Assembly (NCBI GenBank): GCA_034520945.1 | Contig: JAXHNB010000006.1 | Coordinates: 448,001 to 512,000 of the forward strand | Direction of reading: 5' to 3' | Length of the DNA: 64,000 nt | Source: Trueperaceae bacterium | GTDB taxonomy: Bacteria > Deinococcota > Deinococci > Deinococcales > Trueperaceae | Part shown: piece by piece, positions 1 to 8,290 of the stretch | Layout: each line of letters begins with the position of its first letter | How positions within the stretch are numbered: position 1 is the first letter of the stretch | The notes under the pieces: generated by a model | What the model was told of the DNA's origin: nothing | Database searches by the model: none | Seen by the model: only the letters and a program-made list of their open reading frames with translations | Translations under genes and position numbers: made by a program

Positions 1-190
1 GACCTCCTGGGAAGGCAAGGGCATGTACCGCGGCGGGCAGCGGACCGTGCTGTTCTGCACCGTCAACCGTGCCGAAGTCCGCGAGCTGGGCCGCATCGTG
101 CGGGAGGCGGATCACCACGGGTTCATGGTGATCGGGCAGGGCCAACGCGCCTCCGGCGGCACCATCGGCCAGAGCGATGCGCCTGGGTGA
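1..190 (+). CDS. YitT family protein, C-terminal DUF2179-like end (5'-partial)
   Basis: Frame from nt 2 reads TSWEGKGMYRGGQRTVLFCTVNRAEVRELGRIVREADHHGFMVIG, typical of the YitT C-terminal domain; TGA at 188-190. Confidence 0.75.
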   Translation, partial: TSWEGKGMYRGGQRTVLFCTVNRAEVRELGRIVREADHHGFMVIGQGQRASGGTIGQSDAPG

Positions 191-312
191 GGGGGCGTCG
201 CGCGATCATGAGGCGCACGCACGTAGAATGAGGTCGAGGCGTACGCACGCATCGTCACGCTGGGGCCGTCCGTCGCGCAGCGACACGGGCGCCCCGAATC
301 GGAGGGAGACAC

Positions 313-690
313 ATGCGCGATGCACCATCCCTACCCCAGTCGGTCGCCACGTGGATCGTGGTACTGGTCCTCGTCACGGCCGGCATCCACTTCTACCGGG
401 CGCTCGTGAACGACATGACGGTGCTGATCTTGTTCACCCTGAACGCGATCGGCTACCTGGTGCTCCTGGCCGGCATGTTCAGGGCCCCGACCCAACGCAC
501 CCGGCGCCTCGCCCGGCGCGTCTTGATCGGCTACACCGCGGTGACCGCGATCCTCTACGTGGCGTACGGGCTCGCCGGGGGCGGCTGGAAGTTGCCCTGG
601 GGGCCGACCAAGGAGATCGCCGAGATCGCGCTGCTGGTGCTGCTGTTCCGGGTCGAGAGGGCCGAGCGCACGGAGGTCGCTCAGGCCTGA
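313..690 (+). CDS. Small four-TM membrane protein, unknown function
   Basis: GGAGGGAG RBS before the ATG; four hydrophobic segments in 125 aa. Confidence 0.75.
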   Translation: MRDAPSLPQSVATWIVVLVLVTAGIHFYRALVNDMTVLILFTLNAIGYLVLLAGMFRAPTQRTRRLARRVLIGYTAVTAILYVAYGLAGGGWKLPWGPTKEIAEIALLVLLFRVERAERTEVAQA

Positions 691-765
691 TCGGTCGTTC
701 GAGCACCAGCGGCCTCGCCGCCGCCCCCGTTCCCCGATAGGTTCGAACCGCGCACCAGCGTGTCG

Positions 766-1464
766 TCAGGAAGAGGCGTCCATGCTGCCGTCGTGGGCGT
801 CGACACGGAGGCCCTCCAGGAAGTGCGTGACGATGCGTCCGGCGTCGTCCAGTGCGCGCGCCGCGTCCTCGGCGTGCGCGACCTCCATGCATGCTTCGTG
901 AAGGGCGCCCGACAACATCGTCGCCAGCAACGGAAGCGGCAATCGACGTATCAACCCGCGATTCATCGCGCGGCGCAGGTCCGCACGGAGCAGCAACGTG
1001 CCGTGCTCCTGCTCGACGCGATGCCACTGCTCCCAGCTCAAGACGGATCTCGGGTCCAGCAGGGCGATGCGTTGCACACGCGGGTCGGTTTGCAGCTCGA
1101 TGAACAGTCGGCAACGTGCGATCAACTCCTGCCAAACCTCGTCGTCGGTCTGCTGGTGCAGCAGCTTGATGCCCTTCTGCCCCAACGTTCGCGCCTGCGA
1201 TCCGGTGAAGGCGTCGTGGGAGGTGTGCACGATGAACGCGGCCCGTCCGAGGTTGCGCTTGACCCGCTCGTAGACCCGCAAGAAGATCTCGTCCTTGCCG
1301 CCGAAGTGATGGTAGAAGGCGCCCTTCGTCACCCCGGCGGTGCGGACGATCGCCTGTAGGGACGTCCCCGCGTAGCCGAATTCCCCGAACAATCTCTGCG
1401 CAGCCGTCAGGAGTGCTTCGCGGGTGGCCTCGCCTTGCTCCACGCGCTTCGATTTGACCGTCAC
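766..1464 (-). CDS. TetR/AcrR family transcriptional regulator
   Basis: HTH ATREALLTAAQRLFGEFGYAGTSLQAIVRTAGVTKGAFYHHF; GTG at 1464 with GGAGA RBS. Confidence 0.9.
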   Translation of the reverse strand: MTVKSKRVEQGEATREALLTAAQRLFGEFGYAGTSLQAIVRTAGVTKGAFYHHFGGKDEIFLRVYERVKRNLGRAAFIVHTSHDAFTGSQARTLGQKGIKLLHQQTDDEVWQELIARCRLFIELQTDPRVQRIALLDPRSVLSWEQWHRVEQEHGTLLLRADLRRAMNRGLIRRLPLPLLATMLSGALHEACMEVAHAEDAARALDDAGRIVTHFLEGLRVDAHDGSMDASS

Positions 1465-1503
1465 TGCGTCAACGTCTCCATCAGGACGAACGGTACCTGA
1501 TCC

Positions 1504-1549
1504 TTGACAGAGCATACCAGCGGTACGTAACATACATACCAGCGGTATG
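1504..1549 (+). promoter_or_regulatory. Promoter (TTGACA ... TAACAT) overlapped by two tandem palindromic TetR-type operators
   Basis: TTGACA 1504-1509 and TAACAT 1528-1533; CATACC-AGC-GGTACG 1513-1527 and perfect CATACC-AGC-GGTATG 1535-1549, between divergent tetR and DUF4242 genes. Confidence 0.75.
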
Positions 1550-1573
1550 GACCGTTGGAAGGGAGCGTCGAGC

Positions 1574-1840
1574 ATGCCCAAGTACGTCATCGAACGTGAG
1601 GTCGAAGGGGTCGGGCGCCTGTCCCCTGCCGAGCTCCGGCAGGCCGCGAGGGAGTCGGACACGGTCATCCGGGAACTCGGCATTCAATGGATCACCAGCT
1701 ATGTCACCGACGACAAGCTCTACTGCGTCTACGTGGCGGAGAGCGAGGAGGTGATCCGTGAACACGCCCGGTGCGTCGACGTCCCCGCGAACCGTGTGTC
1801 CAGAGTGGTGACGAACATCGATGCGGTGACGGCCGAGTAG
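1574..1840 (+). CDS. DUF4242 (SCO4226-like) small protein
   Basis: MPKYVIERE...IQWITSYVTDDKLYCVYVAESEEVIREHA...PANRVSRV matches the family pattern; GGGAG RBS. Confidence 0.85.
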   Translation: MPKYVIEREVEGVGRLSPAELRQAARESDTVIRELGIQWITSYVTDDKLYCVYVAESEEVIREHARCVDVPANRVSRVVTNIDAVTAE

Positions 1841-2036
1841 CCGAAGGACGACGCAGGGCGCTTCGCTCCGTTCTCGGAGGCCGACGTACGGGCGATCTTC
1901 GGTGCACGGTGCACGGCGGGCACCATCGAACCGTCTCGGGTCGCTACGGCGCACGAATGTCGTTTCGAGCCGGCGGCGCACCCGCGCGCGGACGCGCCCC
2001 GCCGCCTCCCGTCCATCGCGACGTACAATGGTCGGA

Positions 2037-4526
2037 ATGCAGAGTTCCACGGGGCGGGGGTACTACGCTGGAAAAACGATCCTTCTGACCGGCGCGACGG
2101 GGCTGGTGGGGAAGGCGCTGATCGAAGCCATCCTGCGAAAGCTGCCGGAGGTCGGGCGTGTCTACGTCCTGATTCGCGCACGAACCGACGCGGCGGGGCG
2201 CACCGTCTCCGTCGCGCGGCGGTTTCGCGAGGAGGTCCTGGCCTCCTCGGCCTTCGACGAGCTCCGCGCCCAGCACGGCGAGGGGTTCGAAGCGTTCGTG
2301 CACGACAAGGTCGAAGCCGTCGGCGGCGAGTTGTCGCGCGAACGGCTCGGCCTGGCCCCCGAGCTCTACCGGCGTTTGCAGGAGGAGGTCGACGTCGTCA
2401 TCGGCAACGGTGCGTTGGCCGTGTTCGACGCGCCGCTGGACCAGGCCGTCCACACCAACGCGCTGGGGCCGCAGCGGATCCTGGACTTCGCCCGCGGCGC
2501 GGCCAAGCGGCCGTTCGTGGCGCACGTGTCGACCTGCTACGTCAGCAACGTGGCGGGACCGGTGTTCGAGGCGCCTCTGCCGCCCGACTGGACGCCGGCC
2601 GGTCCGGACGCCGCCGACCCCTACGACGTCGACCGGGAGCTCGAACGGCTGCTGGCGCACGTCGGCCACGTTCGTAGCGGCGACCCCAGTGAAACCACGT
2701 CGCCGTGGTGGCAGGACCTCCTGACGCGCATCGGCGGGGACGGCCGCCCCGCGGGAAACGGCAGTGCCGGCCGGGCGGTCGACCCTGGCGAGCGGGCGGT
2801 GACGCAGCGGCTGGTGAACGACGGCCTTCGCTGGGCCCGCCGGCGCGGTTGGCGCGACACCTACACCTTCACCAAGGCGATGGGCGAACAGCTGTTCGCC
2901 CGCCACGGCGGCGACGTGCCCGGCCTGATCCTGCGTCCCTCGGTGATCGAGAGTGCGCTGGCGACGCCGACGCCCGGCTGGATCGACGGCTACCGGATGC
3001 TGGACCCGTTGATCGTCGGCTTCGCCCGCCGGCAGTTGACCGAGTTTCCGGGCAACCCCGAAGCCGTGTTGGACGTCGTGCCGGTGGACGTGGTGGTGAA
3101 CGCGCTGCTGATGGCCATCCCCTACACGCATGGGGGCGAGGGGCCCGACGTGTACCAGGTCGCGTCCGGCACCGAGAACCCGCTGCTGGTCAAGGAGTTC
3201 CGCGACTACGTCCGCGAGCACTACCAACGCGCGCCGCTCCGCCGCGCACGCGCGGGCCAGGACGACGACCTTCCCGAGTTGGCGTTCCCCGCGGTGGGTC
3301 GCTTCCTGCGCGGCCTCGAGTACGGCTACCTGCTTCCGGTGCGAGCGCTGGAGGCCGCGTACCGCCCGTTGGCGTTCACGAACTGGGGCCGCAAGCGGCG
3401 CGCCACCCTGAGCGCGCGACGGGCCCGGCTGACGTGGCTCCGCGACATGGCGGAGATCTACGGTCCCTACGGGGAGAGCCGCGCGCGCTTCCTGACGTAC
3501 AACGTGCGCCGGGCGTGGCGGGCGTTGCCCGCGGCGGAGCGCGCGGCGTTCCCGTTCGACGTGCGGGCGTTGGACTGGAAGCGCTACGTGCAGGAGGTGC
3601 ACCTGCCGGGCGTGGAGCGCTACCTGTTGGGGTTGCGGGGACGCCGTGCCGCGCCGGTCGCGCTGAGCGACGACGACGCGGCGGCCGGGGGGTGCCCCGC
3701 ATCGGTCGCAGCCGACGCCGGAACGCACGGAGAGGAGTTGGAGCCCGAGGTGCCCCGCGGCGCGCGCTCGAACTGGCGGCGGGCCGAACAGGTCCTCACC
3801 CTCACCCGCGCGACCTCCGCGGCGGAGGCGACCACCTGGACCACGCCGACGTATAAGCGGCTCATCCGCTGGGCCAGCATTCACGCCATCCACCTGGTCG
3901 CGCGCCTGCGCCTGGAGCTGGCGTGGGACGGCCGCGAGCACGTGCCCGAACGCGGCCCCTTCATCGTGGTGTCCAACCACACCAGCCACGTCGACACCGG
4001 CGTGCTGTTGGCCGCACTGGGGCCGCACGCGTCGCACACCTACCCGACCGCCGCGGCGGACTACTGGTTCAGCCGGCCTGCCGTGGCTTGGCTGCTGCAC
4101 GCCACGCTGGGCGGCATTCCCTTCGACCGGCACCGCCCCAACGTGGCACGCGCCCTGGCGCTTCCCGCGCAGGTGCTTCGCAACGGCCACTCGCTGATCT
4201 TCTACCCCGAAGGGACGCGCAGCCCGGATGGAACACTCCAGCCCTTCCGCAGCACCGTCGGCCTGCTGGCGCTCGCGTCGGCCGCACCGATCGTGCCCGC
4301 CTACGTTACCGGGGCCGCGCAGGCGCTCCCCAAAGGACACGCGGTGATCGCCCATCATCCCGTCCACGTCCGGTTCGGCCCGCCCACCCCGATCGAGGCG
4401 TACCTGGCGCGGCTGGACTACGAGAGCGTCTCCAGCGTGTCCCGGCGCTTGGCGCAGGACACGCACGCCGCCGTGGCGCGGCTGGCGCCCCCAGGCGCCC
4501 TACCGGCCGGGGAGGCACGGCCATGA
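2037..4526 (+). CDS. Fatty acyl-CoA reductase (alcohol-forming, male-sterility type) fused to a C-terminal glycerolipid acyltransferase
   Basis: TGATGLVGK, HVSTCYV, YTFTK (YxxxK), RPSVIES, PGWIDG, DVVPVDVVVN and FAR C-terminal FPFDVRALDWKRY; then NHTSHVD (HxxxxD), FYPEGTRS, PIVP; TACAAT 7 nt before ATG 2037. Confidence 0.9.
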   Translation: MQSSTGRGYYAGKTILLTGATGLVGKALIEAILRKLPEVGRVYVLIRARTDAAGRTVSVARRFREEVLASSAFDELRAQHGEGFEAFVHDKVEAVGGELSRERLGLAPELYRRLQEEVDVVIGNGALAVFDAPLDQAVHTNALGPQRILDFARGAAKRPFVAHVSTCYVSNVAGPVFEAPLPPDWTPAGPDAADPYDVDRELERLLAHVGHVRSGDPSETTSPWWQDLLTRIGGDGRPAGNGSAGRAVDPGERAVTQRLVNDGLRWARRRGWRDTYTFTKAMGEQLFARHGGDVPGLILRPSVIESALATPTPGWIDGYRMLDPLIVGFARRQLTEFPGNPEAVLDVVPVDVVVNALLMAIPYTHGGEGPDVYQVASGTENPLLVKEFRDYVREHYQRAPLRRARAGQDDDLPELAFPAVGRFLRGLEYGYLLPVRALEAAYRPLAFTNWGRKRRATLSARRARLTWLRDMAEIYGPYGESRARFLTYNVRRAWRALPAAERAAFPFDVRALDWKRYVQEVHLPGVERYLLGLRGRRAAPVALSDDDAAAGGCPASVAADAGTHGEELEPEVPRGARSNWRRAEQVLTLTRATSAAEATTWTTPTYKRLIRWASIHAIHLVARLRLELAWDGREHVPERGPFIVVSNHTSHVDTGVLLAALGPHASHTYPTAAADYWFSRPAVAWLLHATLGGIPFDRHRPNVARALALPAQVLRNGHSLIFYPEGTRSPDGTLQPFRSTVGLLALASAAPIVPAYVTGAAQALPKGHAVIAHHPVHVRFGPPTPIEAYLARLDYESVSSVSRRLAQDTHAAVARLAPPGALPAGEARP

Positions 4527-6391
4527 CGAGACACGACGGGCAGCACCGCGCACGCGGCCGGCGGCGTGCCGCGGCGGAACGCCCCTACGACCCTGCGCCC
4601 GGCCAGCGCGACCCGCACCTGTGGGGCTACCTGGACACGCGCTTCGAGTTCGTCGACGCCCGCACCGTGCGCCTGACCGGCGACCGCTACCCGCTGGCGG
4701 GCATGCCGCTGCCGCACTTCATGCCGTTCGTGGAGGAGCTGCTGGGCGTCCCGGTCGGGCCGGACCACCTTCAGGAGCCCGTCCCGCCGCCCGCGTTGCC
4801 GGCGCCGGTTCGGCACGAGGCCTTCCTGGCGGACCTCCGTGACGCCCTGCCCGAAGACCGGCTGGACGATGGCGAGGAGGCGCGGTTGGTGCACAGCCAC
4901 GGCCAGCTCAGCGTCGAGGAGATCTACCGTCTGCTGGGCGGCAACATTCCGGAGCGGATCGTCGACCTGGTGGTGCACCCCCGCGACGAGGACGAGGTGC
5001 AGACCCTGGTGCGCCTGGCCCATGAACACGGCGTGGTGCTCATCCCCTACGGCGGCGGCACCAACGTCTCGGGCGCGCTGACCTGCCCGCCGCACGAGAC
5101 GCGCATGATCGTGTCGGTGGACATGCGTCGCATGGACCGCATCCTGGAGATCGACCGGGCCAACGGCTGGGCCGTCGTCGAGGCCGGCATCACCGGCAAG
5201 GAACTCGAGACCCGCCTGGAGGCGGAAGGACTGACGACTGGACACGTGCCCGACAGCATCGAACTGTCCACGCTGGGCGGGTGGATCGCCACCCACGCCA
5301 GCGGCATGAAGAGGAACCGCTACGGCAACATCGAGGAGGTCGTCCTGGACGCCGTCCTCGTCACCCCCCGCGGGGTGGTCCGCGCCGTCCCGGTCGTGCC
5401 GCGCAGCGCCACCGGCATCCAGCCGCAGCGGCTGGCGTTCGGGAGCGAGGGCGGCCTCGGCATCGTCACCCGCGCCGTGCTGCAGGTGTGGCCGCTGCCC
5501 CCCGTGCGCCGGTACGCCTCGTTCGTATTCCCGGACTTCCAGGCCGGCGTGCGCTACCTGCGGGCCGTGCAGGCCGCCGGCGTGCGTCCGGCCAGCATCC
5601 GCCTGACCAACAACACCGAGTTCCGCCTGGGCCAGGCGCTGGGCCCCGCGCGTCACGGCACCAGCGCGTGGGTGTCGAAGGCGAAGCGGTGGTACGTCAC
5701 GCGCGTGAAGGGGTTCGACCCGCAGCGCATGGTGGCCTGCACGGTCGTGATGGAGGGCACCGCGGCCGAAGTCCGACAGCAGACGCGGGGCCTGTTCGGG
5801 CTGCTGAAGGATCATGGCGGCCTCTCGGGCGGCGCCGAGAACGGCAGGCGCGGCTACGCCGTCACGTTCGCGATCGCGTACATTCGCGACTTCCTGAACA
5901 AGCTGGGCATTCTGGGCGAAACGTTCGAGACATCGGCCCCGTGGAGCCGCATCCACGACATCACCAGCAGCGTCCAAGCCGAGCTGCACCGCCTCTGCGC
6001 CGAACGCGGCGTGCCCGGCCGGCCCTACCTGTCGTACCGGGTCTCACAGAGCTACCGGACCGGCGTGTGCATCTACTTCACGATGGGGTTCTGCGCGCGC
6101 GGCCTGAACGAACCCGAGGCCACCTTCCAGGAGATCGAGCACCGCCTGCGCGAGGTCGTCCTCGAGCAAGGCGGGTCGCTGTCCCACCACCACGGCGTCG
6201 GCAAGGTCCGCCAGGACTTCGTCCCCCGCGTCCACTCCGGCGCATCGATCCGCGCCGCCCAAGGACTGAAGCGTTCCCTGGACCCCAACGACGTGTTCGG
6301 CGCCGCCAACCACCTCTTCGGTGCGCACCTTGCCGAGACCGACGCGGTGGCACCCCAGCGCGAGGAGGGCCGCGCGGAGGGGACGCCTTGA
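4523..6391 (+). CDS. Alkyldihydroxyacetonephosphate synthase (AGPS-like FAD-linked oxidoreductase)
   Basis: PYGGGTNV, GHVPDSIELSTLGGWIATHASGMKRNRYGNIE, GSEGGLGIVT, PASIRL, IAYIRDF, GETFETSAPW, GVCIYF, GGSLSHHHGVGK; ATGA overlap with the upstream stop. Confidence 0.88.
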   Translation: MTRHDGQHRARGRRRAAAERPYDPAPGQRDPHLWGYLDTRFEFVDARTVRLTGDRYPLAGMPLPHFMPFVEELLGVPVGPDHLQEPVPPPALPAPVRHEAFLADLRDALPEDRLDDGEEARLVHSHGQLSVEEIYRLLGGNIPERIVDLVVHPRDEDEVQTLVRLAHEHGVVLIPYGGGTNVSGALTCPPHETRMIVSVDMRRMDRILEIDRANGWAVVEAGITGKELETRLEAEGLTTGHVPDSIELSTLGGWIATHASGMKRNRYGNIEEVVLDAVLVTPRGVVRAVPVVPRSATGIQPQRLAFGSEGGLGIVTRAVLQVWPLPPVRRYASFVFPDFQAGVRYLRAVQAAGVRPASIRLTNNTEFRLGQALGPARHGTSAWVSKAKRWYVTRVKGFDPQRMVACTVVMEGTAAEVRQQTRGLFGLLKDHGGLSGGAENGRRGYAVTFAIAYIRDFLNKLGILGETFETSAPWSRIHDITSSVQAELHRLCAERGVPGRPYLSYRVSQSYRTGVCIYFTMGFCARGLNEPEATFQEIEHRLREVVLEQGGSLSHHHGVGKVRQDFVPRVHSGASIRAAQGLKRSLDPNDVFGAANHLFGAHLAETDAVAPQREEGRAEGTP

Positions 6392-7221
6392 CGACGCGCC
6401 CGGCGACCCAGGCGTTCGCCGGCCAGGTCGTGATCGTGACGGGCGCATCCTCGGGCCTCGGTGCGGCCCTCGCTCGGGCGTTGGCGGCCGCCGGCGCGCA
6501 CGTCGCCCTGTTCGCCCGCTCCCAGGCCGAACTGGCGCGCGTGGCGGACGACTGCCGCCAGGCCGGCGGCGAGGCGCTGGTGGTGCCCGGCGACGTGACC
6601 TCACCGGACGCGTGCGCCGCGCTGGTGCAGCGCACCACCGAACGGTTCGGCCGCCTGGACGCGGCCGTGGCGTGCGCCGGCCTCGGCATGTGGGCCCGCT
6701 TCGACGAACTGGACGATCCCTCGGTTCTGCGACGGCTGATGGACGTGAACTACCACGGCGTCGCCAACCTGTTCCTGCCCGCCTTGCCGCACCTCACCGC
6801 GAGCGGCGGCATGCTGGTGGCGATCTCCTCGGTGCAGGGCGTCGTCGGCGTCCCCCATCACAGCGGCTACGCCGCGTCGAAGCACGCGGTGCAGGGCCTG
6901 TGCGACTCGCTCCGGATGGAGCTGCGCGGCAGCGGCGTCGGCGTCCTGACGGTGATGGCGCACTGGGTGCGCGGCACCGACCTGCGCGCCCGCGCCCTCG
7001 GTCCGGACGGCGCACCCCGAGGCAGCGCCGCCCCGCGTCACGGCGGCGGCGCCACCGATGTGGACACCATGACGCGCGCCGTGCTGAACGCCATCCACAG
7101 GCGCAAGCGGCGGGTGTTCGTGCCCGGGTGGCTGCGCTACCTGGCGTTGCTGTCGGAGGTCGCGCCCGGGTTGGCGGACCGGGCGATCGCGGGGCGGGTG
7201 GCGCGGGAGGGGAAGGAGTGA
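6388..7221 (+). CDS. SDR family oxidoreductase, candidate acyl/alkyl-DHAP reductase
   Basis: VTGASSGLG, MDVNYHG, SSVQG, YAASKHAVQG; TTGA overlap with the AGPS stop; GGAGG RBS. Confidence 0.85.
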   Translation: MTTRPATQAFAGQVVIVTGASSGLGAALARALAAAGAHVALFARSQAELARVADDCRQAGGEALVVPGDVTSPDACAALVQRTTERFGRLDAAVACAGLGMWARFDELDDPSVLRRLMDVNYHGVANLFLPALPHLTASGGMLVAISSVQGVVGVPHHSGYAASKHAVQGLCDSLRMELRGSGVGVLTVMAHWVRGTDLRARALGPDGAPRGSAAPRHGGGATDVDTMTRAVLNAIHRRKRRVFVPGWLRYLALLSEVAPGLADRAIAGRVAREGKE

Positions 7222-7225
7222 AGCC

Positions 7226-7623
7226 ATGACGCAGAACGTCATGACCTACAGGGGATACGCAGCCAGCGTCGCGTATGACGACGGCGATGGGGTGTTCACA
7301 GGGAAGGTGCTGGACATCAGTGACACGCTGTTGTTCTCCGGGGAATCCGTGGATGAGCTGCGCAGCAGTTTCCGTAGCCTCATCGACGACTACCTCGCGT
7401 ACTGCGAACGAACCGGCGCACCTGCGGACCGCCCGTTCTCGGGTCGCGTGCAGCTTCGCCTTTCACCTCAGCATTGCATCGCGACGCGGTCGTCGCTGCT
7501 GCCAGCAGGGATCAGAGCCTCAACGCCTTTCTCGTCGATGCCGTGAGCTCGTTCCTGACCTCGCTTGACGACGAAGCGCGCGAAGGCGGTACCGTCATAG
7601 ATTTCCAACGACTGGCGTCGTAG
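7226..7623 (+). pseudogene. hicB: HicB family antitoxin, frameshifted near 7470 (or assembly indel); no hicA partner
   Basis: MTYRGYAASVAYDDGDGVFTGKV...FSGRVQLRLSP continues in a shifted frame as LHRDAVVAAASRDQSLNAFLVDAV (RHH domain) to TAG 7621-7623. Confidence 0.75.
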
Positions 7624-7670
7624 TACGCGACCGCTGCACAGTGGGACGCAAACCGATGAGGCCGAGCGCT

Positions 7671-7895
7671 TCACCCCAAGCGTGCTCGTACGGCGCGAAA
7701 CACATCCCGCGCCGCGGTGCCTGAATCACCGCTTTGGTCCCATGCCGCATCCCGGCGCGCGGCCTCTTCGGCCCACAGAAGCGCGTTCTCTTCTTCGGAT
7801 AGTTCCTCGAGGCTGGCGAGAAGCTTCTGCGCCAAACGAGCCCGCTGACGCAAATCCAACTTCAGGATTTCCGCCTCCAACTCGTCGACGCCCAT
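7671..7895 (-). CDS. Addiction-module (TIGR02574-like) putative antitoxin, orphan
   Basis: LEAEILKLDLRQRARLAQKLLASLE...LWAEEAARR pattern; no recognisable RelE/ParE toxin follows. Confidence 0.75.
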   Translation of the reverse strand: MGVDELEAEILKLDLRQRARLAQKLLASLEELSEEENALLWAEEAARRDAAWDQSGDSGTAARDVFRAVRARLG

Positions 7896-8198
7896 GCTGG
7901 AACGGTACCGCGTATCGACGTGCTGGAGCGTGCCAGAGCCCGCAACGCTACGAGAAGGGGAAAGGGGAGGACGGCAGCACGGCCGAATCGAGCAGCAGCC
8001 GAGCTACGAGAAGCGGCAGCAAGAGTACGGCCGGATCCTGGGCTTCGCAAGGGGCAACGTCGTACAGGAGGTCGCGAACGCCGAAACGCAAGGCGCGGAG
8101 GGGATTGACAACGGTAAGAGAATCTTGACGCACCCCTGGGGAGGCGTGTTGTCACTTGGCAGGTTGTCTCAGGGCCATGACAATCGTCCACCTAGGGC

Positions 8199-8271
8199 TA
8201 GAATACGAACAGATCCCCCCTGATTCTTCGGAATCAGGCCGCGGCGCCCCTTCATTGGGGCGCCTGCTTTT
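8199..8271 (+). promoter_or_regulatory. -10 box followed by two hairpins (UUCG stem-loop and terminator-like stem with T-tract) upstream of the NYN gene
   Basis: TAGAAT 8199-8204; CCTGATTC-TTCG-GAATCAGG 8219-8238; GGCGCCCC-TTCATT-GGGGCGCC 8243-8264 then TGCTTTT. Confidence 0.55.
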
Positions 8272-8290
8272 GTGGCACGATCGGTTGGTG

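Noticed and set aside
4523..6391. Alternative call as D-lactate dehydrogenase or glycolate oxidase GlcD
   Set aside because: It has the AGPS-type HHH loop, SGMKRNRYGNIE and FETSAPW blocks rather than the GEHG motif of GlcD/Dld, and it sits beside a fatty alcohol-forming reductase
7468..7674. ORF overlapping the antitoxin stop as a candidate ParE/RelE toxin
   Set aside because: The translation has no RelE/ParE features and is largely antisense to the hicB 3' end
8090..8110. GGCGCGGAGGGGATTGAC as a possible att copy of the tRNA-Ser 3' end
   Set aside because: Only loose, gapped similarity to TGGCGGAGGGAGAGGGATTCGAAC; not distinguishable from chance
7894..8223. 109-aa ORF between the antitoxin and NYN genes
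   Set aside because: No RBS and no recognisable motif; it overlaps the putative NYN promoter; could be a fragment but unsupported
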